Shown: piece by piece, positions 1-13,379 of the stretch
Layout of the letters: every line of letters starts with the position of its first letter
How positions within the stretch are numbered: position 1 is the stretch's first letter
NCBI RefSeq assembly: GCF_006345805.1
Contig: NC_043007.1
Location: 52,762,001-52,826,000 of the forward strand
Source of the DNA: Octopus sinensis
Taxonomy: Eukaryota
Length of the DNA stretch: 64,000 nt
Direction: 5' to 3'
Translations under genes and position numbers: made by a program
The notes under the pieces: generated by a model
Databases searched by the model: none
Told to the model about the DNA's origin: nothing
The model's input: the letters and a program-made list of their open reading frames with translations, nothing else

Positions 1-2029
1 TATCTCCAGTATTTTGTTCAGTGCTGTTTTTTTCGCAGTGTATTATTAATGCCCAAGATGCTGCCCAAATACCCTACAGGCTTCTGGCAGTGAACCTAAG
101 TGCCAGAAAAAGGTTATGATGCCCCATAAGAAAGTACAACTGCTGGATATGTTCCAGGAAGGTAAAAGTTATGCTGCAGTTGGTCACTATTATGTTGTCA
201 ACGAAAGCACCATACGCTACATAAAGGAGAACGAGGTGGCGGGCAGGACTATCTTGGCAGTAAGTTTCTGTGAAAGTGCCAAAAAGATAATGATAATGAG
301 AAATAAGCACTTTGTCTAGATGGAATCTGCCTTGGCATTGTGGATCAGTGACTGCAAGAAGAAAAACATCCCCTAGAGCGGTAACATCATCTGCGAGAAA
401 GTGTGGAAATTATATCAGCAGTTCAACAGAGGAGACAGAGCAGAAGGCACCGAAGAACCACAACCAAGACCATTGACAACACCGGAACCTGAAGATTTTC
501 AAACCAGCAAAGGATGGTTTGACCATTTCCAGAACTGACTTAAAAGAAAGTGTGTTTCCCTGCATGGAAAGACAGCATCAGCCAAGAAAAATGCCACTGG
601 GAAGTACCTCGAGACCTCCAGGTAGATCATCAAAGATAAGGGATACAAACCAAAACAGGTTTTCAGTATGGATGAGACTGGCTTGCTCTGGAAGAAGATC
701 CCTTCCAGAATGTACATCATGAAGGACGAAACCAGAGCCCCAGTGTTTAAGGCACAGAAGGACAGAGTGATGCTGGCTCTTCATGATGAAACCAAGACTT
801 ATCTACAAGTTCATGAATCTAAGGGCCTTCAAAAATAAGAATAAAAACTACTGATCATCCACTGAATGCACAACCCCAAGGCCTGGATTACCAAAAGTTT
901 AACTTTGAATTGATTCCACCAATGCTTCATCCCTCAAGCCAAGGAATACTCCCAAAATGTTTACATAGAATTCAAGGTGTTGCTTGTTATGGATAATGCT
1001 GGTGATCACTTTGGATTTGAATCATGAGGGAATTCAAGTTCTTCCCTGCCAACACCACCTCCCTCATCCATCCTGTAGATCAAGGTGTGATCCATGCCTT
1101 CAAAGCACTTCACACTCAGAACTCTCTCCAAGGACACAATAGATTTGGATGAGAATTTCAAGTTAAAGGAGTACTGGCATATCTTCATGATCACAACGTG
1201 CCTGTCAGACATCCACGCTGCACTTAAAGACATGAAAAAACAAACCCTCATCGTATGCAGGAAGAAGGTGTGGCTAGAGTGTGTCCAGGATTACGAAGGT
1301 TTCTCACCTGAAGATATTCAGCACGGAGCTGTCAACAATGCAGTGAAACTGGCAAGGGTACTTGGTGACGAAGGTTTTGATGATATCACACAAAATGAGG
1401 TCAATGACCTCATTGATGCCCACTCTGAAACCCTGACAGATGAAGTCTACCAGTGAAGAGGAGGAGGAAGCACCAGATCCAGAGGAAGAAAAGGATGAGG
1501 TGAGCCTGGCAACTGGACATCTGTCTGACCATTTAAGGGCAGCAAAGGAATTGCAAGGGAAGGCGGAAGCATGGGAACCCTATATAGTTTGGTCTCTCCA
1601 ACTTAAAAATGTTGTTAATGCTGCCATGCAGACATATAAAACTCTCTTCACCATTATGAAGAAAAAACGACAACAACTTCCCATCACAATGTTCCTCAAG
1701 CCCACCAACAAAGCCTTGCACAAAGATACAACACCCGCTAAAACATCTGAGAAAGAGGCATCATATGAAGAGCTTGAAATCTTCTTTGCTGTGCAGTCAT
1801 TACCTTCATTTCTTTCATCATCATCGTCTTACATCAATATCATTCATTATTTGTGAGCACCAGTACATTTTATCTTATTTTTTATTAAATTATTGTTAAA
1901 TATTATATATATATATATTTATAATATTTTATAATATATTTTGACATTTATAGGCATTTTTATGGACTACATCCAATATTCGTGGGTGCTCAAGGAATGT
2001 AATCCCCTGCGAATACCGGGGGACTACTG
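1..2029 (+). mobile_element. Tigger/pogo-family (Tc1/mariner) DNA transposon, decayed; left end outside the window
   Basis: CENP-B-like HTH fragment (116..319), SKGWFDHF motif and DDE_1 fragments (1094..1856) broken by stops and frameshifts. The right TIR (reverse complement CAGTAGTCCCCCGGTATTCGCAGGGG, 2004-2029) is followed by TA. Confidence 0.88.
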
Positions 2030-2559
2030 TATATACCTCTAATAGTATTAATAACTGAGATATTATAGAATTGTTTTATGAAGTCCATATAATAATTAGT
2101 GCACTGCAACAGATTCTTGTAGAGTTTAAAGGCAGCTCACATCTTTCTAATCCACTTTTCCATCTTTGATTGAAACATACCTGAATTTTCTTACCTGTCA
2201 TTTCATTATGCAACCCCATTTCCTCTTTCTTTATGTATAAATATATGTGTAGTCCCTCCTGGCACCACATATATGTATGTATGCATACTTGGGTATGTGA
2301 GTTGTATACATGTAGGCATACATGAGTGTATATCTATGGGTAATGTATATAATATGTATATCATTATGTATATAGATATTTAAGCCTTGCTATGTATCCA
2401 TCATCTCTTCTGGCTGACATGAAACCCCTTTCCCCCTCACCTTGTTGATGCTCTAGATGGAGTATGAGATTGAAGAAATTGTAATTTATGGAGTAAATAA
2501 ACTATGTACAAGTGCTCTCTGCCAGCTGGAAAGTGTTCACAAAGATATTTTTCTTTTCA

Positions 2560-4130
2560 GTTACTAAACTGTCTTCTCACTCTTCCTTCCAAGTTCACTA
2601 CCAATGTTGGCACAATGAAAGGAAAGGCTAATGAGATAATTGAAATGACAGAGAGGCAGCATATAGACATGTGCTGTGTGCAAGAGGTTAGATGGAAGGG
2701 AGCTTTCACCAGATTCCTCATGGGTAAGAAACAGAGGTTCAAATTCTTTTGGGTAAGCAGCAGTGACAGGGTAGGTAGTGTAGGCATACTTTTGGCAGAA
2801 AAATAAGGAAATAAGGTAATTAAGGGAGTTACAATGTGTGATGGGATAGTTAAGCTGAAATTAGTCTTAGCTAAATCAACAATTTACATTTATCTTGACT
2901 TATGCTCTACAATCTGGGATGGCAGAAGATCAGAAAGATCAATTTTATGAGACACCTTTTGCAGACTACATTGATGACAAATGACAGAGACTTGATTATT
3001 GTGGCTGGTGACTTCAACAAACTTGTTGGACAACATTCCAAAGGATTTCATGGTGTGCATGGGAGATTAGGCTTTGTTTCTACAAAGGAGCTAACAAAGT
3101 TGCTGGAGTTCTAAATGCAAATTATCTGATGATTTGCAACATTAGCTTCAGGAAACCAGCCAATCTGTCAATTTAGGAGACACACAAGTCAGATTGACTA
3201 CATTCTCACAAGAAAACAAGATAGACAGACGCTTGTAAGTGCAATGTTGCTCCTAGGCAAAGAATGTACCACCAAACATAAGTTAGTGGTTACTTACTTA
3301 CAACTTAAAGCTAGAAGAGCAGAGAGAAGCAAACCAGTCTGAAAAAGGGAAGATATAGAAGCTCAAAGACCTGGCAGAGAGATTTTAGAGAAATTCTGGT
3401 TGAAGCAGTTGACAAAATGTAGGAGGAAACATATAACTTAGAGAACGCTGGAAGTTCCTAAAGGACAATCTACTGAGGGCTGCACACCAAATCTGTGGCT
3501 GGTGCAAAGTCTTGGACAGCCAAAAGGTGACATGCTAGTGGAACTGAGGTAAGCAGAGCTTTAAAAGACAAGCCTAGAAAAAAAAAGTTGACAGGGAGCC
3601 AGAAAGGAAACTAAGAAACAGGTTTACTTAGTAAAAGCAGAAGCAGAAAGTAAGAAATTTGCCAATGTTTTACCATGTGAGAATCAGAAATGTGAGGAAT
3701 TCCAGATTGCAAGACAAATATATCAGAGAGAATTGAAATGTTGTGGGTGAGAAGTGTGAGTAAATGGACAATGGTATACTTGTACTTCGTGATTCTAAAA
3801 AGAAAGTAGCATGGAAATGTTACCATGCAAGTATATTAAACACAGAGAATGCACAAGGGAAAGGATGTCTTCCCAATGTGATCCCAACAGAAGGACTAGC
3901 TATTCTAGTAGATAGCAGTATCATAGATAAAACAATGATGGATATAAAGACAAAGAAAGCCCCTGATCAATTACAAATTACCACTGAGATGCTTGAAATA
4001 TCTGGCAATGTAGGATATGGACTAGTCACCCATAGAGTTAATCATGTTTACTGAAAAGTAGGTCTTGTACCCAATAACTGATGTAGCAACATTATAGTCA
4101 GCTGTTACGAGGATAAAGAAGATGCCTTAG
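2560..4130 (+). mobile_element. RTE-clade LINE remnant, AP-endonuclease to pre-RT region
   Basis: TTNVGTMKGK...DMCCVQEVRWKG and VAGDFN endonuclease motifs; many stops. Confidence 0.85.
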
Positions 4131-4404
4131 ATGTACGCATGTGTGTGTGAATGTCTCTTTCCACATGTCTTCCTACTGACACTGAGCAGGTAACTGTGAA
4201 GTTGTTTACAGCTCCTGTAGATAATATATCATGTAGTTTAGCAGATTTGTGAGGTGAGCTGTAAAATAGAAATATTTTACTTTTATAACAAGATTTAGTA
4301 ACAGAAAGGGTATCTTGTAGAATAATAAGTCACTCCTAGCTTGGAGAAAGCAAATGAATGAGTATAAATATATGGTACTGTGTAAATTATTAAATGTAAC
4401 ATAC

Positions 4405-4512
4405 CTTTACTTGGTGTTCAGGTAAGACGTCTATTGTAACTTCATAGAACTTTGTCATTTGTTTACAAATATTCCTAAAATGCTGAGATGGCATTGGAGG
4501 CTTAGCATCCCA
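4405..4512 (-). CDS. VPS54: VPS54 coding exon, 108 nt: WDAKPPMPSQHFRNICKQMTKFYEVTIDVLPEHQVK
   Basis: Acceptor atttttcag and donor gtatgt. Matches YEVKAPVPSACFRNICKQMTKMHEAIFDLLPEEQTQ. The remaining 3' exons were not found and probably lie left of base 1. Confidence 0.96.
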
Positions 4513-5454
4513 CTGAAAAATATTATAAAATGGTGAGAATTTATTTTGATGATTGATAATTTTCATAACTCTTCTATGACCATCTGTTAATATAACTGGT
4601 AGTGGTTCTTTCTGCATTCATCTCCCAAGAGAAGATAACCCTGATTCTATTAAAATTATCTCCTTATGGCCTTATTTACAGATTAGAATGTTACCTGTCA
4701 TAAGACAGTTGATGTTGGGAACATCTTTGTTAATGCTGGCAATATCAGGTAATGTTCTGCATAAGAAATTTGTAAAAGTGTGAAATAGGAAGCAACAGAT
4801 GATTTGATTATGTTATTAACAATCAAACATTAAACGATTAGTTCAAGGCTGTGGAGCTGGTACATAAAACTTACTTTGAGCCTTCTGTTTGTAATTAGAC
4901 TAATTACATATTTCTTATATTGATTGAAAACACACAACATACATGCACAATTTGAGCACCCTAATCTATTAAAGTTTGGGTTTAAAGGCTTTACTTATGT
5001 CATTATGGCTGTTTTTATAAATCATTGAAGAAATTATAAAGGTAGTAAGCTAACAAAAAAATTAGAGCTGAAAAAATTGCTTTGTGCTATGTCTTCTGGC
5101 ACTTTACATTCTGAATTCAAATCCTTGTGATGGCATTGCTTTCCTCCCTCAGGGGCTGATAAAATAATGTATCAGTCTAGTACTGAGGTTGATGCAATCA
5201 ACTAATCCCCTTTCTTGTAACATTATTTAAGAAGTTACAAAGATAACACAAAACATACAAAATTTAAAAAAGAAGCTGTTTTTATCAAAACATTATAAAG
5301 TAAAACAATGTAAAGGAAATAAAGAATGACACTTATAAAACTATGGTAGCCACTAATACTAACTACTATGCCTTACATTAAATAATATAGTCTTAGATAA
5401 ACTATGGCTAAATTAGTAATGATTTAAAAGTATAAAAAAACTGGTAAAACTAAC

Positions 5455-5535
5455 CTTCAAAATATAAGATTCTGTTGATACATCCATAATTGCAACTAAT
5501 TTATTTGATATTTCATCTATGTGGTCTGTGTAATC
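5455..5535 (-). CDS. VPS54: VPS54 coding exon, 81 nt: DYTDHIDEISNKLVAIMDVSTESYILK
   Basis: Acceptor ttttttttaaag and donor gttagt. Matches DYHDHIAEISAKLVAIMD; phase 0-0. Confidence 0.95.
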
Positions 5536-6349
5536 CTTTAAAAAAAAAGCACAAAAGAATTATTAGAAGCTTAAAATTCAGTTCTAAAGGGTGTTAAACA
5601 TTTTGAGCTTTACAATAAACCTTTCAAAGTGTTTATATATACACACGTGTGTCCACAATTGTCCTCTTACCACCAGATAAGAAAGGACTTTCATTTCCTT
5701 AGTAGTGAGTCAATTCTGCAGAATTCTTAATTCTTGAGATTATCTCTCCTCATTATCTTCACTTCAAGAGAAGGTTAACAAATTGCCTAGTGGCAATTGT
5801 CACCAGGTATTTGTATACCCTATCTCAAAAGTAAAGATAAGTTTGACAAATCAAGAATTTATCTTGTATGGTATTTCATACACCATAATACTTGGCTAAT
5901 TTTTGTTTATATAGGTGCATACATGGTTGTATGGTTCAGAAAGAAGTTTGTTTCAGATTTAGTCTCACAGTGTGGCACCTAGTGCAACTATCTCCTACTG
6001 TAGCCCTTGACCATCCAGTGCATGCATGTGTACAAAACAAAAATAGCTAAGAGAAATAACTCAAGGAGACAACTAGCAAGAATTTGGACAACAAAGGCAA
6101 ATAAAGATATAATGAATACCATGTAAAATAAATTGTTGAATAAGGCGCACAGCTGTAGACCAAACTCTGGATTTGGAAAATGGGACATATGCTGTTGTTC
6201 CTTCTTTTTCTGTCTATGAGCATATTGTGTATATTGACAGAATGTGTGCATTAATAACATTGTTAGCTAAACATCTATAGATATGTTCTTATAGTACATA
6301 ATAGTAAAATGTGCACACACACACGCTGCAGGCTTCTTACAGTTTCTGT

Positions 6350-7240
6350 TTACCCAGGATTACTACACATCTTTAGGTCAGTCAAGAGGCCATTATATCT
6401 AGCATTCATTCACCTAAAAAGGGCCTTTCACATGATTCCCTACAGTGTAATTTTGGGATCACTATGGAAACTAGGATTAGATGAAATAACATGTATGTAA
6501 GTATAAAGGTGTTGTTAATAAAGTGAGTTAGCAATGAGCTCAACAATGAATTTAGTGTTCAAATAGGGGTTTATCAGTCTATCCTCAGCTTTCTTCTGGC
6601 CATTCTAGTTGTCTAGATTATAACCAAGGAGTTAATGACCAGATGTCTATGGGAACTCATATAAACTGATGGTATAGCTCTTATAGCTGAATCAGCAGTG
6701 GAGCCAGATAAAAAAGTCCAGATGTGGAAGCAAAACCTAGAACTGAGAGAACTCAAAGTTAACTTAGTGAAGATTAAAGTATTAGTAAATAGGAGATAAG
6801 ATAGTACCCTGCTACCATCTAAGAACTGGTCATTTCAGTATGCAGAAAAGGAGTAGGTAGGAATTCCACATGGTGTACCCAGTATAAACTATGAACACAC
6901 TAGAGATGCAGTGGTGTCACAGGCAGATTAATGAAGAAGGTAAACTTCATATGCTACAGGTACACAGGGACAATTAGCAATAAGAACTAATGGGAAACAA
7001 ATGACTGGAAAGCTCTTTAGATAATTTCTACTATTTAGATGATCTAATTAGATGGATAGTCTCAAAGTATAATAGCCACAGAAAGAATGGGCAGGGAACT
7101 ATTACCTCATATAAGAGACAACAATCATGCTGACTGGTAATACAGAGTATTGGAGAAGACTTGACCACAGAGGACATATCCAGTTGTTCCACCATGATGA
7201 ATTGAAAATCACAAGAATGGTGGCAGTGATGCAGACAGAT
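6350..7240 (+). mobile_element. RTE-clade LINE remnant, RT region
   Basis: LYLAFIHLKRAF motif (AFVDLEKAFD-like). Homologous to other RTE pieces in the window. Confidence 0.75.
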
Positions 7241-7309
7241 GTATAATATATTTATATATATGTGCAGGCATAGGAGTGTGGGTGTATGTATCTACAAAAT
7301 AGTGGCTGT

Positions 7310-7630
7310 GTGACTAGAAGGTTGGAATTCTTGTGCGTGAGGAACATGCATTTTTAATCTGGGCTGTGACGCAAGACACAAAGAAGAATAAAAGGGAATG
7401 TTGTATGGCTTTCAATTTGGATATGGTTCTGTACAACACAAACTGTTGAAAGCAATGGACTTCTTTTATATACCAGAAAAGATTAAAGATCTGATGAGAA
7501 GCTACTATAACAATTTCAAAATGAGGTTCACAATAGACTGGTATTGTCAAGAAACTGAAATTGCTGCAGATTGCACAATATCGGTCATTTGGTTTGTGCT
7601 TGTTATGAAGATGCTCCTTAGATTAGCAGA
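7310..7630 (+). mobile_element. Fragment of an RLE-type non-LTR RT (HERO/NeSL-like)
   Basis: YGSVQHKLLKAMDFFYIPEKIKDLMRSYYNNFKMRFT...IAADCTISVIWFVLVM resembles RT motifs 3-4 of R2/NeSL/HERO-type elements. Clade assignment is by recall. Confidence 0.55.
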
Positions 7631-7690
7631 CTGCTCAAATCAGCTATATATGTGTATATACACACACACATATATATTTGTTTGTATATA

Positions 7691-7721
<31 letters not shown>

Positions 7722-7839
7722 GCTGTTGTGTCTGGGGAGAGTCATTCTCTTTTGGTGTCTTATAATTTAACACACTCACAAGTAAAGTTTCCACTCATTT
7801 ACTTATTTATTTTTCTAAAATTGAAGTGCCAATCTCTAC

Positions 7840-8422
7840 CAGTGGAAAGAAGCTGAGGAAGAGGTAGACCCAGGAAGACATGGAATGAGGTGGTGAAGCA
7901 TGATCATCAAACATTGGGCCTCACAGAGGCAATGACTAGTGACCGAGCCCTTTGGTGATATGCTGTGCTTGAGAAGACCCATCAAGCCAAGTGAAAGTAT
8001 TGTCATGGCCAATGCTGGAGTCACATAACTGACACATAAAAAACACCTTTTGAGTGTTGGGCCTCATCGAGGCAAAGTGGCTGATGCTGATGGCACATGA
8101 AAAGCTCCTTTCTGGGCCTCAGAGAGGCAATGTCAAATGACCAAGACCCTGGCAATATGTCGTGCTTGAGAAGAAGACCCATCAAGCCAAGTAAAATTAC
8201 AGTCATGGTAGATATTGGTGTCACACAAATGGCACCCATGCTGGTGACATGTAAAAAGCACCCATTACACTCTCAGAGTGGTTAGCGTTAGGAAGGGCAT
8301 CCAGCCATAGAAACAATACCAAATCAGGCTGGAGTCTGGTGCAGCCTTCCAGCTTGCCAGGCCTGGTCAAACCATCCAACCCATGCCAGCATGGATAACA
8401 GACATTAAATGATGATGATGAT
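7840..8422 (+). mobile_element. RTE LINE 3' end with (ATG)n tail
   Basis: ORF C-terminus, duplicated 3' module, shared tail motif ttaggaagggcatccagc...ccaacccatgccagcatgga and atgatgatgatga. The same tail recurs near 14460-14535, 23520-23680, 38160-38410, 43990-44295, 45130-45263, 46790-46985 (minus) and 63080-63150. Confidence 0.85.
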
Positions 8423-9842
8423 TATATATATATATGTAGCGAATCTTGCATGCATGAAGTGGATTTGATCCACCATAGCCAAATTTAAATCAACACTGTT
8501 ACAGAACTTTTCCCATGGTGGAACAATGGTTTTTCTCTGACAGCAGTTTTACATTTTCCAGATGCCATTAGCTAGGCCGAAATAATGTCTTCACCACTTG
8601 ACCCTTTCTAACCTCTTCTACTTCACCAAAAGCTAGAATAGATAACAAGACCACCAACTAAATCTATTGTTCTCAATGGTACATTTATCCTTCTGGATCT
8701 TTATATAAGCAAGCACACCCAAGCAAAAATCAGTCAGTCACATCGTGATGACTCAACGTGGTCTGGTTGACCAACCTTGGTCAGAGGGAGAAATGAAGTT
8801 TACTGTCAGACAACACTTCTCTCTAGCTCTAATTCGGTTCTCTTACAACATCATTCTATCTGTCTCCACAATTACTACTAAACAATGAAGAGAACCCAAC
8901 TCAAACATTCTACCGCATCTAACTTTTGCATGCTTTTGGATAATAATATTTACCAATCAATTTAAAACTGTTACATATATATATCAAGCATGTGCCATCA
9001 GTAATTACTCAGGGTAGGCAGTTGGCGAATTAGTGAACAACAAATAAGTGAAACACAGGCATGTGACCGAGTTGAAGGCAGATCTATTTCTACCTTAATA
9101 GCATGTAATGAAAACGGTGTTGTAGAAATGTACACAGCACGTGTACTACAGCAGTACTATGCATAGCTTAAAAACTGAGATTGAAAATCATGCACAAATT
9201 ATACCTACCTAATCTACAAAAAAAATAAAGCATTTAACATTCTATGTACAGTAATCAGACTAACCTTCATAATTTTATAGAATTAGGTGCTTATTTTGCC
9301 ATGACAGGAAACTTGCTATCGCTCAATTTTATTCATGGTAGGCACTGCCTACCTAGGCAGCATGTCCCTGATATATATATATATACATATGTAAATGTTG
9401 AATGACAAAAATGAGTGCTCAACACTGCTTTGGTGGATTTATTTGTGAATTAAGGTTACTATAGGTTTCATGTTGAGAAAAGTAGGAGGGAGGGTAATAG
9501 AAAAATGAGAAATAGAGGGGGTAAGTCAAAAAGTGAAAAGATACATTAGATCCTATAATCTTAGATAAACTATGTCTTAACAAAAAGGAGGTGGTTGTAG
9601 CAGAAACGTCTGTGATTATTTGTCTAAAGGGTCAAGCCTGGCCTGGAGCTAAACAACAACTGCAGCCACTTATACATCAGATAATATACATTATTTAACA
9701 TATACTCCTAGATACATGATGCCTGAATAAATGATGGGATGGTTACTGTTGGAACATTTTTGATCAAAAGTTTGCCAGATCAGGACTCATTTGGGGTTAA
9801 ACAGCATCAAGGAAGAACACATTAAGTAATGTAGTCCTAGAT

Positions 9843-10512
9843 CAGTGGTCCTTAACCATTCTTTGTTTTTTGCAAAGCCCCTTTTTAAGTAATTGTTATA
9901 CCTAGTACCAACCTAAGTGGTGAATGATATCTCATGACTAAACTATCTTAACATGGATGTTAATTTATAAATTTCACACAAAAATGGATTGCATAAGCTT
10001 TTAACAGCGAAATGATAAAAAAACTAATAAAGACAAAAGTTTACTTTATACATAGCAAGTAAATGACTTCCCTGTGCCAGATGAAATCTAGCTAAATTTT
10101 CTATATTAGATTCAATGTTAATCAAAAGAGGTCATAAGTCTCCTCTTTGACTTATTGCAAATTTATTTTGTTGCTTAGTCAGTGAATCCTTTCTCTATTA
10201 AATATGAAGAAGGAAAAGCAATGAACAACAATTTAATTTCTTGCCAAAGTTGAGAATACTTGCTTTGCATTTTGGGCTAGAATGATTCATAACCGAACTG
10301 TTGAAAATATATTAGACTTTGAAATTATTTTTTAAGTCAATAGTTTCTTTGAGCAGAAGTGACATCAGAAAGAAATGGATTTATGAACCAATCAGGTGCT
10401 TTAAGATCAGTAAAATTTAGTAAGTTAATTATGTAACCTTACCACCCCCTCACTGTCCTCTAAAGCCTAACATCCTCTTTAAGATGTCCAGCACCCACTT
10501 TGAGAACCTCTG
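9843..10512. mobile_element. Old hAT/Charlie-type MITE
   Basis: Ends CAGTGGTCCTTAACC and GAGAACCTCTG. The 8-bp flanks tcctagat and ttgtagat match 6/8 with a central TA. Confidence 0.55.
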
Positions 10513-11229
10513 TTGTAGATAAACTATATCTGAATAAATGATAGATGGTCACAGAAAGAACATCCTTGATCATAGATCAGTTGGATCAATGATGACTTTG
10601 GACAAAATAGTAACAAGTAAAGATATATTATATACATGCAGAAGGACCCTGTTTCACTTGGGTTATAAACTCATAGCCTTAACACAGTTCTCTTTGTTTG
10701 TTGTGTAATTTGACACCTTCCTTCTAGGCACAATCAAGTAAATATTTCGTAAAGGACCTGTTCATACTGCAGTGTGAAATAATATTTCGCCACAAATTTT
10801 TTTGAATGCATTCAATGTATCTTACCTTTAAACCCACCACAAGCCACCTTTTCTGGAAAAGAAAGGCACCAATGGAGCTTTGTTTTGTGTGTTTTTGTTT
10901 TTCTTTTCCAGATTATTTCACAGACTTTTAATGAATGTGACATCGAAATCATGCGTGAATGGCTCCTTTCCCCAGGAAAGGAAAGATTTAGCTGCTATTT
11001 CTAGTATGCCTAACTATCATGGAGCAGCTATTTGTGATAAAGGACCCTCCAATATTTTGCTGTGAAATAATTTTTTGACCCTTCCCTCACTTTCTTTTCC
11101 AGAAAAAAGTGGCTTGCAGCAGGTTTGGAGGTCAGATATATTGAATGCACTCACAAAAACCTGTGTAAAAAAACTATTTTACACCAAGGTACAAACAGGT
11201 CTTTTACAAAATATTTACCCATTGTTATT

Positions 11230-11490
11230 TACTGATACACAAATACACCTATACAGAAGATTGCAAATAATGAAAGTAGCTGTAATAATTTTTTTGGCAC
11301 CACAAATCATTTCAACATGGTTATTTACTGACACACAAATACACCAGTACAGCGTTTTTGTTTGACCTTTCAGCCTTTCTAATATTTTGTTTTTGTGTTA
11401 GTGTACACAAATACATCGGTACAGAAGATTGTAAACAATGAAAGTAGCTGTAATATTTTTTTTGATACCAGACATTGTTACAATGGTAAA
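11230..11490. repeat. Degenerate tandem repeat, about three partial units of about 90 bp
   Basis: Recurring cacaaatacac...tacagaagattg.aaa.aatgaaagtagctgtaat; units are contiguous with no unique spacers. Confidence 0.6.
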
Positions 11491-12024
11491 CACTAGATAG
11501 AATGGAAGACAGAATGAAGAGAGAATGATAGAGATGTGATATCATTGTGGTATAAAATGTCCTTTAATATCTTATACATAACAAAAGCACAAACACACAC
11601 ACACTCAAAGACACATACACACTAATATACAAAATGTGACTTTGCCATCATTGTCATCATAGTATAAAATGTCTGTCACTGTAGTTGACTATAGAAAGAT
11701 TATTTTCAAGAAAATGTGATATTGTTTCAATCCAAATGAAAATAAAAATTACATATTGACATTCACAGGGTGTAATACTATTACCTCGTAAAATTTGATT
11801 TGATTTGGAGCTGTTAGAGAATGCACAGGGAATAGACAGACCAAGAATTTTATATATAGAGAGATATTATAGTCTGGAATACACGATATCTGAATAAAAG
11901 ACAGGATGGTTACAGCTGGAACATGCTTGATCATATATTTGCTGAAACAAGAGCGATCTAAGGCTAAATAACAACACATTTGCACATATTTTTAAGTAAA
12001 AATCTTGCAACTATATTTTCTTAC

Positions 12025-12143
12025 CTTTGTTATCTGATCCAAGTGCTTTAACATATGTTTTTTATCATATAATCTTGTTTTAAAATGGTTTTTAACAAAT
12101 GGTACATAAAAGACAACAAGTTGCAGACAGCGAGATGCAAGAG
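12025..12143 (-). CDS. VPS54: VPS54 coding exon, 119 nt: LASRCLQLVVFYVPFVKNHFKTRLYDKKHMLKHLDQITK
   Basis: Acceptor ttttaatttcag and donor gtaaga. Matches LSSRCLQLIVHYIP...MLRHFDHITK. Confidence 0.95.
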
Positions 12144-13379
12144 CTGAAATTAAAATATAATAATAATAATAATAATAATCATAATAATAATAATGATGAT
12201 GATGATGATGATGATAAGAAAAAAAAGACGAAGAAGAGAAGGAGTCACAAGAGTTATCTTTTTATAAAATAAAGCTGTGTACATTTATATTTAACACATT
12301 TGTGCATACTTAAATGTGGAAAGACCTTTGCAGTGGTAACTATTCTCAGAAGAAAAATTCTTTTTATAGATCATGTATGGGAAAACACCGAGTTGGACTA
12401 TGACATCATTAATGACCATCTTTAACTCTCAACATTCTCATACACATTTTCTGACATTAGGGTAGAAATCACAATATTGTGATGTGATATGTTAGGACAT
12501 CATTCAGAATATAATTAAGCCATCAGCAACTAAATTGGTTACCTCACTGGGCATGCTTGTGAGACTGGTGTTTTTGGTAACTGGACATCCTGCAGGGCAA
12601 AGGGCAAAACCTAGCAGAGGCCAGATGGATTCAGGAGAGTCAATGGCCATCCAGTTATGACCTATGTTATTACTAATGCTACATGGTAGTTCAAGGTTGG
12701 TAATGATAATAACAATAATTACCTTGAAACCAGAAGGATCTTGTTGGCTCCTGCCAGGGTTGCACCTCTCACATAGGGAAGAAGGCCCTGTTAGTCTTGG
12801 TTGGCACTTCTGTACTCCTGTTAGACATGGTATCTCAATAAAATATTGGTGGTGGTATCACCTTACAACTTACACTGAGACCACAAATACTGAGTTGGCC
12901 TCCAGCAGGGTCAAGTCTGATACATGAAGAGGCAGACTCTCTTTAGCTTTGGTTGGTTAGCAATCCTCAGACATGGTGTCTCAATAAAATCACCAATATT
13001 AGTGTCACCTTAAAACACTAACCTCATTACAGATAACCTCAAAACTGGAATTGGAGGTTGTAGGACTGAAGCTATCAGGAGTGGCAGGCAGGTGATGCAG
13101 GGTCAATCCATATCAATCTTCCTCTTAATATTATAAAAAAGACCCCTAGTTTAGGTAAAAAAAAAATATATCAAAAATGTGCACCAGATCTAACTGAAAG
13201 AAGCCAGATAAAACCACCTGAATGAAAGAAGTGAACAAATCTGTAATGAAATATTGCTTTATGAATGAACCAAATGAAAGAAAGGATTATAGGTGAAGTA
13301 TTAAATAGGTGTATTTCTAGGGAAAAGCAGAAACTTGAAGATCATGTTTTTATCACATTGTCCCAAGTCTACGTCAACC

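Noticed and set aside
4695-4756. 62-nt AG/GT-bounded segment as an extra VPS54 exon
   Set aside because: Weak pyrimidine tract, in-frame TGA at the fourth codon and no VPS54 similarity; no evidence for poison-exon use.
10880-11065. Plus-strand acceptor at 10911 with a 61-aa ORF as a nested antisense gene
   Set aside because: No recognisable protein or partner exons. The acceptor-like text is explained as one arm of the 10852-10912 hairpin.
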